Source: Azolla caroliniana
Lineage: Eukaryota > Plantae > Polypodiophyta
DNA: 64,000 nt
Assembly: GCA_043228905.1 (NCBI GenBank)
Contig: JBHGNT010000020.1
Location: forward strand, 4,836,001-4,900,000
Direction of reading: 5' to 3'
The notes under the pieces were generated by a model. It saw only the letters and a list, made by a program, of their open reading frames with translations, had not been told where the DNA came from and made no database searches. This document shows, piece by piece, positions 24,710 through 37,031 of the stretch. The position numbers were made by a program, and so were the translations under genes. Position 1 is the first letter of the stretch. Every line of letters starts with the position of its first letter.

Positions 24710-25805
24710 TGTTGTGAAGATTTTCGGCAATAGTGTGAAAATCCCATAGAACGTACGAAATCGAGTATGAAACACATAATACAATAATTTTGAAGATAAC
24801 ATTTTAAATAAATTTAATATCTAAGTACAAAATGATAGAGGTTTCGAATGCACTTTATTACACGAGAAACGGACAACTAAATGTCAAGATATGAGGGTAT
24901 AAAGTTTGTGAAAGGAAAAGAGAAAATTGTGAGATATCCCACATAGGCACGACAAATACGGCTCTCATCATATATAAGGTAGAGCAAAAGATATTATCTT
25001 TGTGTCTATGTGTGGAGCATAGAGAGTTCAAGGTAACTTGAACTAAGAGTGGAGGTGGGCTAGCTACTCGTAAAGGGGTTTGGCCAACCAAAACCGGACC
25101 GGCGATGGAGCCGGCAATCCAGCGCCAGTGAGACACCGGCATCCGACGGCGAGGCGACGGCATCCGGCGACGACAAGGTAACGGCATCTGGCGCTGGTGA
25201 GATGATGGCATCCGGGAACCGGCGTCCGGTGACTAGATAAATAAATATATAAATATATATACATATACAAGGAGGGCAAGTAAGGATTCGAACCTTGCAC
25301 CTCCGAGTTAGGAGTCAATTGGTTTACCATTAAGCCATGCCATTTAGTTGAATTTATATTTCTATCATTGTAGTTTTACATGTAAATTCTCATACATGAG
25401 AGCTAAAATGAGTGACATGGTTATCATGCACCACATGTAATACATAAGCGCCAAATGGCAAACATGCATTTTATGCATGCCTTGTACCCTCACATGCATC
25501 ATATGCATGACAACATTTATAAAAGAAGAAAGAGGGAGGAGAAAAAGGCATTTTTTTTGGTTATGAGATTAAGAAGAAGAAATTGGTTATCAAATTGATC
25601 GTGTAACTTGTTTCTTAAGTCTAAAGATAAAAGTTCAATCAATCGCTCTCAATCGTTTAATCTCAACTTCTCTCTTTCCCAATCTATCTTAAGTACTTTC
25701 TCGCTAAAGCTTGCACCAAAGCTTGTACCAACTTTGAATCCTTCCGGTCCAGAACCCCGGCGGTTCCGCCTCACGATCCGCGCGTAGTGACGGATCTTCA
25801 TGACA
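24710..25805 (+). repeat. 5' LTR of C
   Basis: Direct repeat of 31635-32700 with TG...CA ends. Confidence 0.95.
25274..25342 (-). promoter_or_regulatory. tRNA-derived Pol III A/B-box cassette inside the LTR
   Basis: Minus strand GGCATGGCTTAATGGTAAACC...GGAGGTGCAAGGTTCGAATCCTTACTTGCC. Also present at ~32169-32237, with a related copy at ~12452-12514. Confidence 0.7.
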
Positions 25806-25813
25806 TAATTAAG

Positions 25814-25830
25814 TGGTGAACCCGACGTGA
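25814..25830 (+). promoter_or_regulatory. Primer-binding site, tRNA-Trp
   Basis: TGGTGAACCCGACGTGA complements the plant tRNA-Trp 3' end as recalled. A one-mismatch copy lies at 58077. Confidence 0.8.
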
Positions 25831-25866
25831 AAGAGGCGGTAGGAAGGATCAAGTCGAGATTAATAC

Positions 25867-28800
25867 TTGGAGATGGCGTCCTCAAGCAACCAAGCGGGAG
25901 AGCTCGAGAGGATGATGCTAATCATCGAGCAAATGATGAGATCTCGGGACAACGACGCGAGCGTGGAGAAGGCTGTTGATCGTGTCGTAGAGCTCGAGGG
26001 CCAATTCGATGGAAGGAACGTTACGAAGTTCCTTGATGCATATAGAAGGGAGATGAATCGGAGGGACGTGTCCGAGGCACGTCAATTCGCAAGCTTCAAG
26101 AGAGTTGTCGCCAACAACATCCAAAGACACGTCATGGAGCTTCAAGAAGGTAAGACAACATGGTCCGAGTTCGAGAAAACGATACTAGCGGAGTTCGTGA
26201 CTGAAGGCTCAACGAGGACGACTCGACATGCCCTGATGAAGTGGATAGAGAAGAAGAATAAGAAGATGAGTGTCTCGAGGGTGTATGAAGAATTCGACCA
26301 GATGTTTAGTCGTCTCCCCAGTACGGACCAAGTGTTGCTTGAAGAGGACAAGACTTTGTACTTCTTGAAGGCCGTGGAAATAAAGGATAGACGGGAGTTG
26401 GGGACTCTTCTCGAAGAAGATAGCCAAGCAAATGGGCTCGTAGCGGACTGGATCGTGGTGAAGCAGGCATGCAATAGGCTCGACAAGCGTGGCCAATGGG
26501 TTGATGACACCGACTTGATGGGATCGACTACCATGGAGAAAGCAAGACCGCCGAAAGTAGCTGAGCCGCCAAGACAAAGTAACGTGGAAGAAAAGAAGAT
26601 TGAGGACGACATCATTGGAGAGCTAGCGAAGAAGTTCGAGAAGGTCACGCTAGCCAACATGAATCGTCGGGGCCCTAAAGGAAAAGAACCCTTTAGATGC
26701 GTGTGGTGCGATAGCATGGACCACATGAGAAGGGATTGCGCGAGCCTTAGAGAGGCGATTAGACAAAATATCGTATACATAGAGGACAACATGATCTGCT
26801 CAAGCGAGACTATAAGACCCCTACGGGTGAATTTTGGAAGAGGAGGAATGAAGAAATCTATGGAGGATGCCGATGCGACTCATGTGGATTCGATGCACTA
26901 TGCTGCGTTGCGTCGGCCGGAATAAGAGTCGGGAAAGACAAGACTGAAGCTGCTAGAGCGGGAGCAAAGTTTTGGACTTCCGTTCTCGAATATGAGAAGA
27001 AGGGAAAAGTCACATCGAACGAGGTAGAGCTTGCGGACCGAAGCGTGCAAAGCATAACCGGGTGGTCGGATCCGGTGGACGACAACACCATACTCGCAGA
27101 GGTGATGTGCGACAACCATGAGGTGTTCGTCGAAGAAAAGAGAAAGAGAATAGAAGAGCAAGGCCCATCAAAAAGACATGAAACAAGGAACGCGAAAAAG
27201 AAGGATGATGCGGAGACGAGTCGACCTTTACAAACGGAGGAACGAGAATCAAGCCGAAAAGGGGAACCGAGCATACAAGTTGAAGAAACGGTTCGGCCCG
27301 TGAAAGTTGGTGTCGAAGACCCCGCTCGGAGGACAAGGACTATACCTACCTATAAGCTAAGGTCGGACATAGAGTAGACGACGGACCTAAAGAAGATTCT
27401 CGAAGAACGAGTTCTTGATAGCCACGTAACTTTGTCCTTGAGGGAATTGCTTGGCATTACGAAGAAGGAGTTCCATGACACGATCGTGGACCTTGTAAAG
27501 AGAAAGAGACAACAATCGGACGAGGAAGAAGAGAAGCCGCAAAAAGCAAAAACAAATGCCATAACAATGGCAAGAGACGAAGTCGATGAAGATATGGTGG
27601 ACAGCCACTATACTCGACCTCATTGGGCACAAGCGACAACGGAGACGCCGGTGAAGATCGGGGAGAAGAAAGAGACCGTGGTAGCCTTGATCGACCACGG
27701 CTCGGAGATCAACCTCATGTCAACCGACTTCTACAAAAAAGGAAGATGGACAATCAATACAAACCACGGATGGAAGATTCGCACGGCAACAAAATCTACG
27801 GAGGACTTGTACGGAGCTTGTCCCAATATCAAAGTCACGATCGGGGATGTGGAGATGGATCAACACTTCTTCGTACAAGAATCGGCGTCGCAATCTGTCA
27901 TCCTAGGGCAACCTTATATCACATCATCTCGGATGGAGACCAAAGTGTTCGATAATGGAGCAGCCTTCGCACGAATAAAGAGTCTTGACAACCAAAGATC
28001 GGTCCAATTCCTAACGGTGCGAGCCAATCATGAAAGGAATCGAGATAGTCTCGGAGACAAATGCTCGGATTTTTAGAGCGGACTATTGAAGCATGGGGCA
28101 CAAATAGTCCGAGCAATCACAAGAGCCCACAAGAAAAAAGAGTGCGTGGATTGCGAGGAGAAGCAACATGTGTCACACCCAGTGGCGCATGTAAACTAGT
28201 ACTACCCGACAAGAAGCACAAGCGCCGGATACAAGAATTCGAGAAGATGCTAAAAGAAGGGAACATAATAGAAGAAGGAGAGCTCGTGACTCATATTATG
28301 GAAGAAGCCTCATTTAACGACACCATCGGCGAAATCGAGGATGTCGTGGACTTGAGCTATCTTCACAACCAACGCGTGATTTCGGTTAACTCTGTCAACA
28401 TGTACGCTATCATCGATGAATACCGTCGTGGCATCTCGATGAAGGAAGCTGACATCAACACGAAATATAAAACGGTGGATAAGAAGATCAAGCCAGTTGC
28501 GGCTCCGCTACCGGAAGATAGCTGGCAAAAGATGAAGGAAGTCGCTAACGATCCAAGCTTAAGAGATCCGAAGAAGATAGGTCATGTCTTCACCAAAGAG
28601 ACGAAGGGGAAGCTACGAGTTGGAAAGGAGGATTTCCTTCTCCCTGAAGAGGAGCGAATGTTTCGCAATATGCTTGAGAGACATGGGAAGGCTTTCGCAT
28701 TCTTCCCACGAGAAATCGGATGCGCCGACCCAAAGGTTATAGAGCCGATGGTGATCTTCACGGTGCCTCATGTGCCTTGGAATTTGAAACCGATACTGGT

Positions 28801-31495
28801 TCCGAGAGCACACCTTCCGAAGCTGATCGAGCTCTTAAAGGAGAAGGTGAGTATAGGAATTCTAGAACTGTCGAATGCTCCTTATTCCAATAGGTGGTTC
28901 ACGGTGCCGAAGAAGAATGGATCATTGTGATTCATCCAAGATCTTCAACCCATCAACAAGTTGACAATTCAAAATGCTGGAATCGGTCCGAGCGTGGACG
29001 AATTTGCCGAAGCGTTTGCGGGCCGGTCCATCTACTCCATTGGCGATCTCTACTCTGGATATGACCAATTCCAATTGGCGATCGACAGTCGGGACATTAC
29101 AACCATGAGGACTTCGATCGGGCTTGGGCGGATGTGTACCTTACCCCAAGGCACAACGAACTCGGTGGCTCATATGGTGAATGCCATGAATAAAGTCTTG
29201 AAGGATTGCATTCCGGACATCACGATGCCATTCTTGGATGATATTCCGATGAAAGGATGTTCGGATGAGGAGAAAGATGAATCGAAAGATAAGGAAGGTT
29301 GTAGGAAGTTCGTTGTGGATCATATGAAAGATTGCGAGAAGGTGCTTCAAAGGCTCGAAGATGTGAATTTGACATTTTCGGGAGAAAAATCCGCATTCGG
29401 GCAACCGAAGATCTTGGTGGTAGGTCACTTGTGTGGAGCATACGGCCGGAAGCCCTCGCCATCCAAAGTGAACGCAATCCAAGACATGAAAGAAGAATGC
29501 GAAAACCAAACGGAGGTTCGAAGGTTCCTTGGAGTGTGTGCGTTTTATCATATATGGATTCCTCACTACGCTCATGTCGCCGAACCGTTATATGGACCAC
29601 CAAAGAAAAGAATGAAGTTCGAATGGCGAGACGAGCACACAAATGCGATGCGAAGATTAAAGAAACTGCTTCTTGAAGCTCTGGCACTAAGGAAGGCCGA
29701 CTATGCCGAAGGGAAACCAATTTACGTGACCGTAGATACGAGCCCAACCGGAATCGGGTGGGTCATCAATCAAGAAGGTGAAGATAATGCGCGATATGTC
29801 GTCCGGTTCGGAGCAAAGGTTCTTAGCGAACGGCAACAAAGATATGCCCAAGTCAAGCGGGAACTTTGGGGTATTGTGTCGGCAGTGAAGACAGACAAAG
29901 ATTACCTAATCGGGTCAGAAGTGATAATAGAGACAGATTGTTTCCCAATTCTCGGAATGGTCTTGGGATGTGAGACCCCAGATCTTGTTATGCTAAGGTG
30001 GATCTCCTACATCAAGTCTTTAAACCCAGAGATCCGTCACATTGCAGGGAAGAAGAACGCCATGGTTGACATGCTGTCGAGGGCAAGATTTTCAAATGGA
30101 AGTAACATGGTTTCAGAAGATGAAGATGTCGCCCTCGACTTCTTCAAGATGGCTCGATTGTCGGCGGAAGACCAAGACTCGCAAACCCTCCACGCCTTCA
30201 ACGAGAACGAGTGCGAAGGAGAGTAGTTACTCATCGGTAGATTCTTAAGAACATTGATGACAGATGCTTCGTTGACAAAGGAGGAGGCCCTACGAATCCG
30301 AAAGAAAGTTTACCGATACTTCTTGAAGGGAGGATTCCTTTGGCGACATCCAAAAAGAAGGACAGGAATACTACGTCGAGTGGTGGTAAAGAAAGAAGAG
30401 CAAGAGACGCTGATGACTGAATTCCATGATAGTGCTTGGGCAGGTCATAGAGGAACATGGGCGACGTTCGAAAAGTTGAAGGAGAAGTACTGGTGGCCAA
30501 GCATGTACAAAGATGTACTCCATTTCGTGTCCACATGCGAAACTTGCCAAATATATTCAAATATACGTCATCGTGATGAATTACAACCGACATACCCACT
30601 CACCATACACTTCAAATGGATGGTGGATCTGGTCTCGATGCCAATGGGAGTAGGACAAATGAAGTACTTAGTGCTGGCAAGGAAAGACTTGACAAATCAA
30701 GTGGAAGGACGAGCCTTGACAAATAAGACGACTTCATCCATTTGCAAATTTCTGCTTGAAGAGGTTGTTTGCCGATATGGATGTGTAGGGAAGATAATGG
30801 CCGACCGAGGGGAGTTGGACGCGCACGAAGCGACGGAGTTCTTCGAAAGACTAGGCGTGAAGCTCTCCCTCACGACTGCCTACAATCCAGAAGCGAATGG
30901 GAAGATCGAGCGAGGGTATGGACCTATCATTAAAGCCATCGTACGGGCATGCAACGGTCGAGTCGGGAATTGGCCACGACTATTACCCTATGCCTTGTGG
31001 GCCGATAGAACGACACATAGCTCGGTGACAGGGTATATGCCGATGGAGCTTATGTATGGACAAAAGCCGATTATGCCCATCGAAAGGACGATCGCCTCAT
31101 GGGTAGCGATACCGTGGGAGAACGAGATGAACCGAGAAGAGTTATTAGCGGCACGGATAAGGCAACTTGAAAGAAGACCTGAAGATTTAGAAAAAGCGCG
31201 AAAGATGATGGAGGCATCCCGAGTAAAGAACAAAGTTCGGTTCGACAACACGTATCGACTTCGTCCCAAGAAGATTGAAGAAGGGGATTGGGTTTTGGTT
31301 TACGACAACACCCTTGACAATCAACACAGTACAACAAGGAAGTTTGCAAGAAGATGGTTCGGGCCGTATGTAGTGACAAGTGCCAATGATAATGCCACAT
31401 ACCACCTTGTGGAACTAGACGGATCAAGGTTGGCCATACCCATTGCGGGAAAAAGAGTAAAGATTTTCAAGAAAGAGACAAGACAAGGATCCTGA
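25867..31495 (+). pseudogene. gag-PR / RT-RH-INT polyprotein of C, mildly disrupted
   Basis: ORF pieces 25867-26925, 27432-28076, 28061-28930, 28961-30226 and 30254-31495. Confidence 0.9.
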
Positions 31496-31634
31496 CCTCG
31501 ATCACCTCGACGATGAACATAATAGGGCGGATGTAAATGAAGACATGGAGGAATCTAATTGATCACCGTAGCCGAAATCTCACTTTCTCTCTTCTTGACA
31601 CGTACCGGAGGACGTGCGGTTTGGTGGGGGTGGA

Positions 31635-32700
31635 TGTCGTGAAGATTTTCGGCAATAGTGTGAAAATCCCATAAAACATACGAAATCGAGTATGAATCAC
31701 ATAATACAATAATTTTGAAGATAACATTTTAAATAAATTTAATATCTAAGTACAAAATGATAGAGGTTTCGAATGCACTTTATTACACGAGAAACAGACA
31801 ACTAAATGTCAAGATATGAGGGTATAAAGTTTGTGAAAGGAAAAGAGAAAATTGTGAGATATCCCACATAGGCACGACAAATACGGCTCTCATCATATAT
31901 AAGGTAGAGCAAAAGATATTATCTTTGTGTCTATGTGTGGAGCATAGAGAGTTAAAGGTAACTTGATCTAAGAGTGGAGGTGGGCTAGCTACGCATAAAG
32001 GGTTTTGGCCAACCAAAACCGGACCGACGATGGAGCAGGCAATCCGGCGACGACAACGTGAAGGTATCCGGCGGAAACCGGAGACGACGAGGTAAGACGA
32101 CGGCATCCGGGAACCGACGTCCGGCGACTAGATAAATAAATATATAAATATATATACACATACAAGGAGGGCAAGTAAGGATTCGAACCTTGCACCTCCG
32201 AGTTAAGTGTCAATTGGTTTACCATTAAGCCATGCCATTTAGTTGAATTTATATTTCTATCATTGTAGTTTTACATGTAAATTCTCATACATGAGAGCTA
32301 AAATGAGTGACATGGTTATCATGCACCACATGTAATACATAAGCGCCAAATGGCAAACATGCATTTTATGCATGTCTTGTACCCTCACATGCATCATATG
32401 CATGAGAGCATCTATAAAAGAAGAAAGAGGGAGGAGAAAAAGGCATTTTTTTTTGTTATGAGATTAAGAAGAAGAAATTGGTTATCAAATTGATCGTGTA
32501 ACTTGTTTCTTAAATCTAAAGATAGAAGTTCAATCAATCACTCTCAATCGTTTAATCTCAACTTCTCTCTTTCCCAATCTATCTTAAGTACTTTCTCACT
32601 AAAGCTTGCGCCAAAGCTTGTACCGACTTTAAATCCTTCCGGTCCAGAACCCCAGCGGTTCCGCCTCACGATCCGCGCGTAGTGACGGATCTTCACGACA
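31635..32700 (+). repeat. 3' LTR of C
   Basis: TGTCGT...ACGACA ends, followed by TSD ACGG. Confidence 0.95.
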
Positions 32701-33479
32701 ACGGCATACCTTCGACAAGAAGGAATTCGGAGAGAATTTACTTGCCGACACACACCGCAACAGAACAGTGTAGTCGAACGCAAGAATCAGCACATCCTCG
32801 AAGTAGCACAGGCCATGGTCCACGAGAAGCACATGCCCAAGTCATATTGGGCAGAAACTGCAAATACCGCCGTCTACCCCATGAACCAGTGCACAACATC
32901 CGAAGTGCACGAGTTCACTCCTCACGAGAATTTTTATGGAAAGAAGCCGGATCTATCCCATGTTAGGATATTCGGTCACTTGCATATGTGCACATCCCCA
33001 ACGAGAAGCGGAAAAAGCTAGATCCCAAGTCAAAGAAATGTATCCTTGTAGGATACTCATTGGAGCAAAATGGGTGCAAATGGGTCAACCCCTTTACTTT
33101 GAAGGTTCGAGTGAGTCGGGACGTCGTTTTTGACGAATCAACATCCTGTTACAAACTAGAGACGATTCCGACTCCAACCCCAGGCAACCCAAACTTTACC
33201 AACCAAGAGATTGAAGACGAATATCAACTAAGGCACATGTTTGAAGGAAGCCCGATCACAACTAGGCTCAGTGGGCCGCAAGAGCCCCCATGTGACTAGA
33301 GCACATCTCAGGCAAGTTCGAAGATGGACATAGGCAAGGCCAAATTGCCAGAATATGAAGACGATCAATTCAATTGCAACAAATCGACTCATTCACTTGA
33401 TAGTGAGTTCGGTGGCTTTGATGTGCATCTTATGAAGTCACCCGTAGTTAAGAAAGCATTCACATCGACAAATGAGAAA

Positions 33480-33966
33480 TGTCACAAACATGACAACAAT
33501 TATGTCAAGAGTTGAACTCTTGACCTCTTGTATTATAGTCAAGTGTTATATTTTAACCAACACATCCAACTACATAATCGTGTTATGTATATCTTCATAG
33601 ATTATCTATTCAAGTTCTAGGAGTTTTTAGAATGTTCTAGAACTAGAAGGTTCTAGAGGGTTCTAGAATATTCTCCAAAATATTCTCAAGAATATTCTAA
33701 TGCATGTACTTCAACTCATTGTATAAATACTTGTAACCTCCTTGGTCCCTTTCATAGGATTCAACATCAGTCATTGACACATCAATCTAGTATTCTCATT
33801 TCGCCTCATCTTTGTCTCCTTGATCTTTATTACTGTCTTCATGCCCTCATGTCGCTCACAACATCTAGAGTTCCTAGCCTTGTCACATCTAGCTCCATGT
33901 TCATATGTCGCTTGTAGCCCCATCATCTGTGCTCCGTCCTAGTCCGCGCTTGGTGTGTCCGTGACA
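33480..33966. mobile_element. Solo LTR with 5-bp TSD AGAAA
   Basis: TGTCAC...GTGACA inverted termini, AGAAA on both sides, internal TATAAATA and an nGAAn/nTTCn cluster. Confidence 0.9.
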
Positions 33967-34815
33967 AGAAACTCCATCCCTTTCGACACTTTGGTGACAC
34001 CAATGCTTCTCTAGGGGTGGAAGTATGGGGTGATAGGATCCCTAAAAACCTACTTGGAAAGAGTTTGAAAATGTCTTAAAACATTTTCTTACAAAGTTTC
34101 TACAAGTTAAGAAACAAACGCCCTACACCCTCCTCCTTGAGATAGGATCACTTCCCATTGAGATCATGGACATGGAAAGGGTTGTTGAATGCATGCTTAA
34201 GGTTCAAAAAAGTTCCTCACATCGACTTCCTATAATTGCATGGGAAGCAAGCAAAAAGATCCAAAAGAGCCCATAAAAGCCTAATTTTGTGTTCTGGTTG
34301 GATGCAAGATATGTAAAACTAGTTTGGTAGATGGGATGCAAACACACTTACTTTATGATGCGTCACTAGATTCCTCTGTAAATGAGGCCTTTTTGCAACG
34401 CCAATGTATGATGACATGGAACAAATGTGGAGGCTCACGCTTCACACAGTATACTACACATGTTGCACCTAACTACAAAACCATATTCTTTGTGGAATGA
34501 GGAAACCATACACAACGATACATGCTAGAGCTCATCTCGTTGTCTTTCATTCAAAACCATTGCTTCCATGTGACATAACTCACATGTATTGCGATGTGCG
34601 ACATGGCATTGGGGCACAAGTGATGAGAGTGGTCGACTATGCACACTTTGCCCTAAACAAATTCGAGAGTGTGAGTATGACACTTTGATGCAATGCTTTA
34701 TGCCTATGATCATCTTCGACCATGCTTTCCACACATCTTCGACCAAGCCCAATCCTTCCACAAATTTCTCGCACAACCACAATGTGCACTCTTGTTCAGT
34801 GGACAAGCTCAACTA

Positions 34816-35140
34816 GATCTGGATCGGTATCCGGAATGGAGAATCGGATCGATGTCCAGAAACAGGAGCCGGATCAGAGAACCGGATCTAATTGTAACTG
34901 GTAGGCTGTTAGAGGCCTACGAATCTAGCCTAGTACGGAGGCATATTTTTGGGAGTCAGTGTCAGTCACTCATGTGAGCATTGAAGTACATGTCAATCCA
35001 TTTGTGGACTTGTATAAAAAGTGCTCACTGAGCACATTCTATGTACAAAGTGTTATTATTTTGAAATTGAGAAGTGTTCTGCTCTAACTCTATCTCTCTC
35101 TTGTGTAAGGTTTCAATCCGGAGGGATCGATTTCCCAACA
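34816..35140 (+). repeat. Probable 5'-truncated LTR remnant
   Basis: CCGGATC repeats, TATAAAA, a CT tract and a ...CCCAACA end abutting Copia coding sequence. Confidence 0.55.
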
Positions 35141-37031
35141 TAGTCGACGATGTGACTGACCGACACCAGGTTTTTGTGATTCTCGGGACGTGAAGCACAT
35201 TCATAAGCTTCCCTTTCTGTCCAACATGACTCAAGGGAACTTCTCTAACATGCATGATCGGGGGAGGAGTGTTGTCTCCGGTTTCGATACCTCCTGGTTG
35301 CTCCGGCTTTTCTAGAAATGAGAACCACTCTTCATGGCTTGTCATGTGGTTTGATGCTCCGGAGTTAACGTACCATACTTCCTGAGATCTAAAAGTGGTC
35401 TTATTCATTCAGTTCGTCTTGTGCTTCATCACAAAGGTTGGCCCTTTTTTGGTCTTACTGGTTCTGGATCCTTCTGATCCTTCTACGTAGTACAAGTTTT
35501 GACGGTTTCCTTGTCAGGCCTTACCGGACCCTTCGGTGCACTTCTTCCAGTAGTTGCTTTCTCGGTGGCCTTTCTTACCACAATACCAGCATTCCAATTT
35601 GGCCTTTCCTTGCCGGTTTTCAGCGCCGCTTTGACTTCCCCCGCTTGTGGAGGGTCTGGAACTGCTGTCAGCACTATCTCCGTTCCTTCTGTTCTGCTCT
35701 TATCGGCAACAACTATTGCGTGCCGAACCACCTCATGCTCCATGCCCACACGGCCGATCAGCCTCCATGTACAACATTCGACTACCTGATTGAGTGGTCC
35801 TCGACCCACTCGCGTGGTTTTCTTCGACCATTAGCATAGATTGTAGGTCGAAGAAGGATAGTGGTTTCTCCCAGGTGCAAATTGTTGTCCGGATTGGCCC
35901 GTACCGTTGTGCAAGACCACCGAGGCAAATCTAGACCATCTCGACCTCGTCCACCATCACGTTGTCGAGAAGATTGTGGTTATGTAACTCGGGGATGATC
36001 AGGGTGACAAGGCGTAATCGCAGATGGTGCGATGACAAGAAGTCGAGAAGGCAAGATAAATATGACGTTGTCGCGAAAAGAATTTTATTTGTAAAACAAC
36101 CACTTACAATATTTATTTGCCAAAAGTTACTTTGCAAGACTTGAACTCACGAACTCTATTTGAGAAGAAGCATTTAAGACAGACCATTCACCATCTTTGG
36201 TTTCTATTTATTTGTCTTTCACTTTATATATACTAAATTTATATTACAAAATTTGATTACCAAAAGAAGTTGTTCTAAGAGGATTCGAACTCACAACCTT
36301 TTGTTTACAAAGAGGCATTTGAAATACACCACACCAACTTCCTCATTTTCTTGTATATTATTTGTTTTCTTCAATTCTTGTCTTGATTTATGCAGGCCAC
36401 CATCTTCTTTGGCGAGCTCTACATCCCACACCCACATGAGCTTCTTCACTTGCTTTTCCTTCCTCTTCTTCTCCTTCTTCCCCCTTTAGCCACCATGGGC
36501 GTGGCTTATATAGGGTGGTCAACCACCCTACCACCCTCTTGAGGCGGTTGGTTTTTTTTTTATACTTTTTTTTACTATTATTTTATTTATTGATTCTACA
36601 AATTCGATGTTGTAGTTGTACATTTGAGACATTATAGAAATAACCCTCATTTAATTTTGACTCCCCCTTTTGACATAATTACATTTGTGTCCCGAGTAAC
36701 ATTAATCCTTCCAAAATTTGTATCTTTGCCTTCGAAATTCCAATTCACGAACTGAAAATTTGCACATGCTCCTCGTCACAAGTTTGTGTTGATCATGAAG
36801 CAATAACTTCACAACACCGTTGATGGAACCGAACACATCACAAGTCTCCTTGATCTCGGTGCTGTAGTTAGTGACCGACACGCCCTGTTGTCGGAGCTAC
36901 AACTTCCGAGATGTAGTACTTGTGGCGAAAACTTCTGGAGATTTTCCCAGGGATCTTTTGTCGTTTCCGCATCCCTGATGTAGCCCAACATCTGGTCGCG
37001 CACACAAAACGCGAGATAGTACAAAACTCTC
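35141..37031 (-). mobile_element. Ty1/Copia gag-protease fragment (Z), split by a solo LTR
   Basis: Minus strand reads YYLAFCVRDQMLGYIRDAET, GSIN|VMVDE...ICLGG, VWYVNSGASNHMT and NVLHVP. Confidence 0.85.
35963..36816 (-). mobile_element. Solo LTR of family D (TSD ACGT/CCGT, one mismatch)
   Basis: Reverse complement of 57214-58070; termini TGTTGTGAAG...TCGACA. Confidence 0.88.

Larger units (their letters stand above)
24710..32700 (+). mobile_element. Full-length Ty3/Gypsy element C with 4-bp TSD ACGG
   Basis: LTRs 24710-25805 and 31635-32700, PBS 25814-25830, PPT ~31619-31634. Order gag-PR, RT (FLDD), RH, INT, with a few stops and a frameshift. Confidence 0.95.
22341..33980 (+). mobile_element. 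Ty1/Copia element Y (5' LTR to integrase; RT missing); host of element C and a solo LTR
   Basis: LTR ends at 22737 (start approximate). tRNA-Met PBS TGGTATCAGAGC at 22738. Then gag, CCHC knuckle, WFIDS protease, LWHKRIGH and an integrase that resumes in register at 32701. Confidence 0.88.

Noticed and set aside
25274-25342. Functional tRNA gene
   Set aside because: The acceptor, D and anticodon stems are broken, and the anticodon loop differs between the two LTRs. Kept only as tRNA-derived.
33980-34815. Possible LINE remnant on the minus strand (VWKAW and DPITPYF-like words)
   Set aside because: The motifs are weak and in the wrong order, so the segment is left unclassified.
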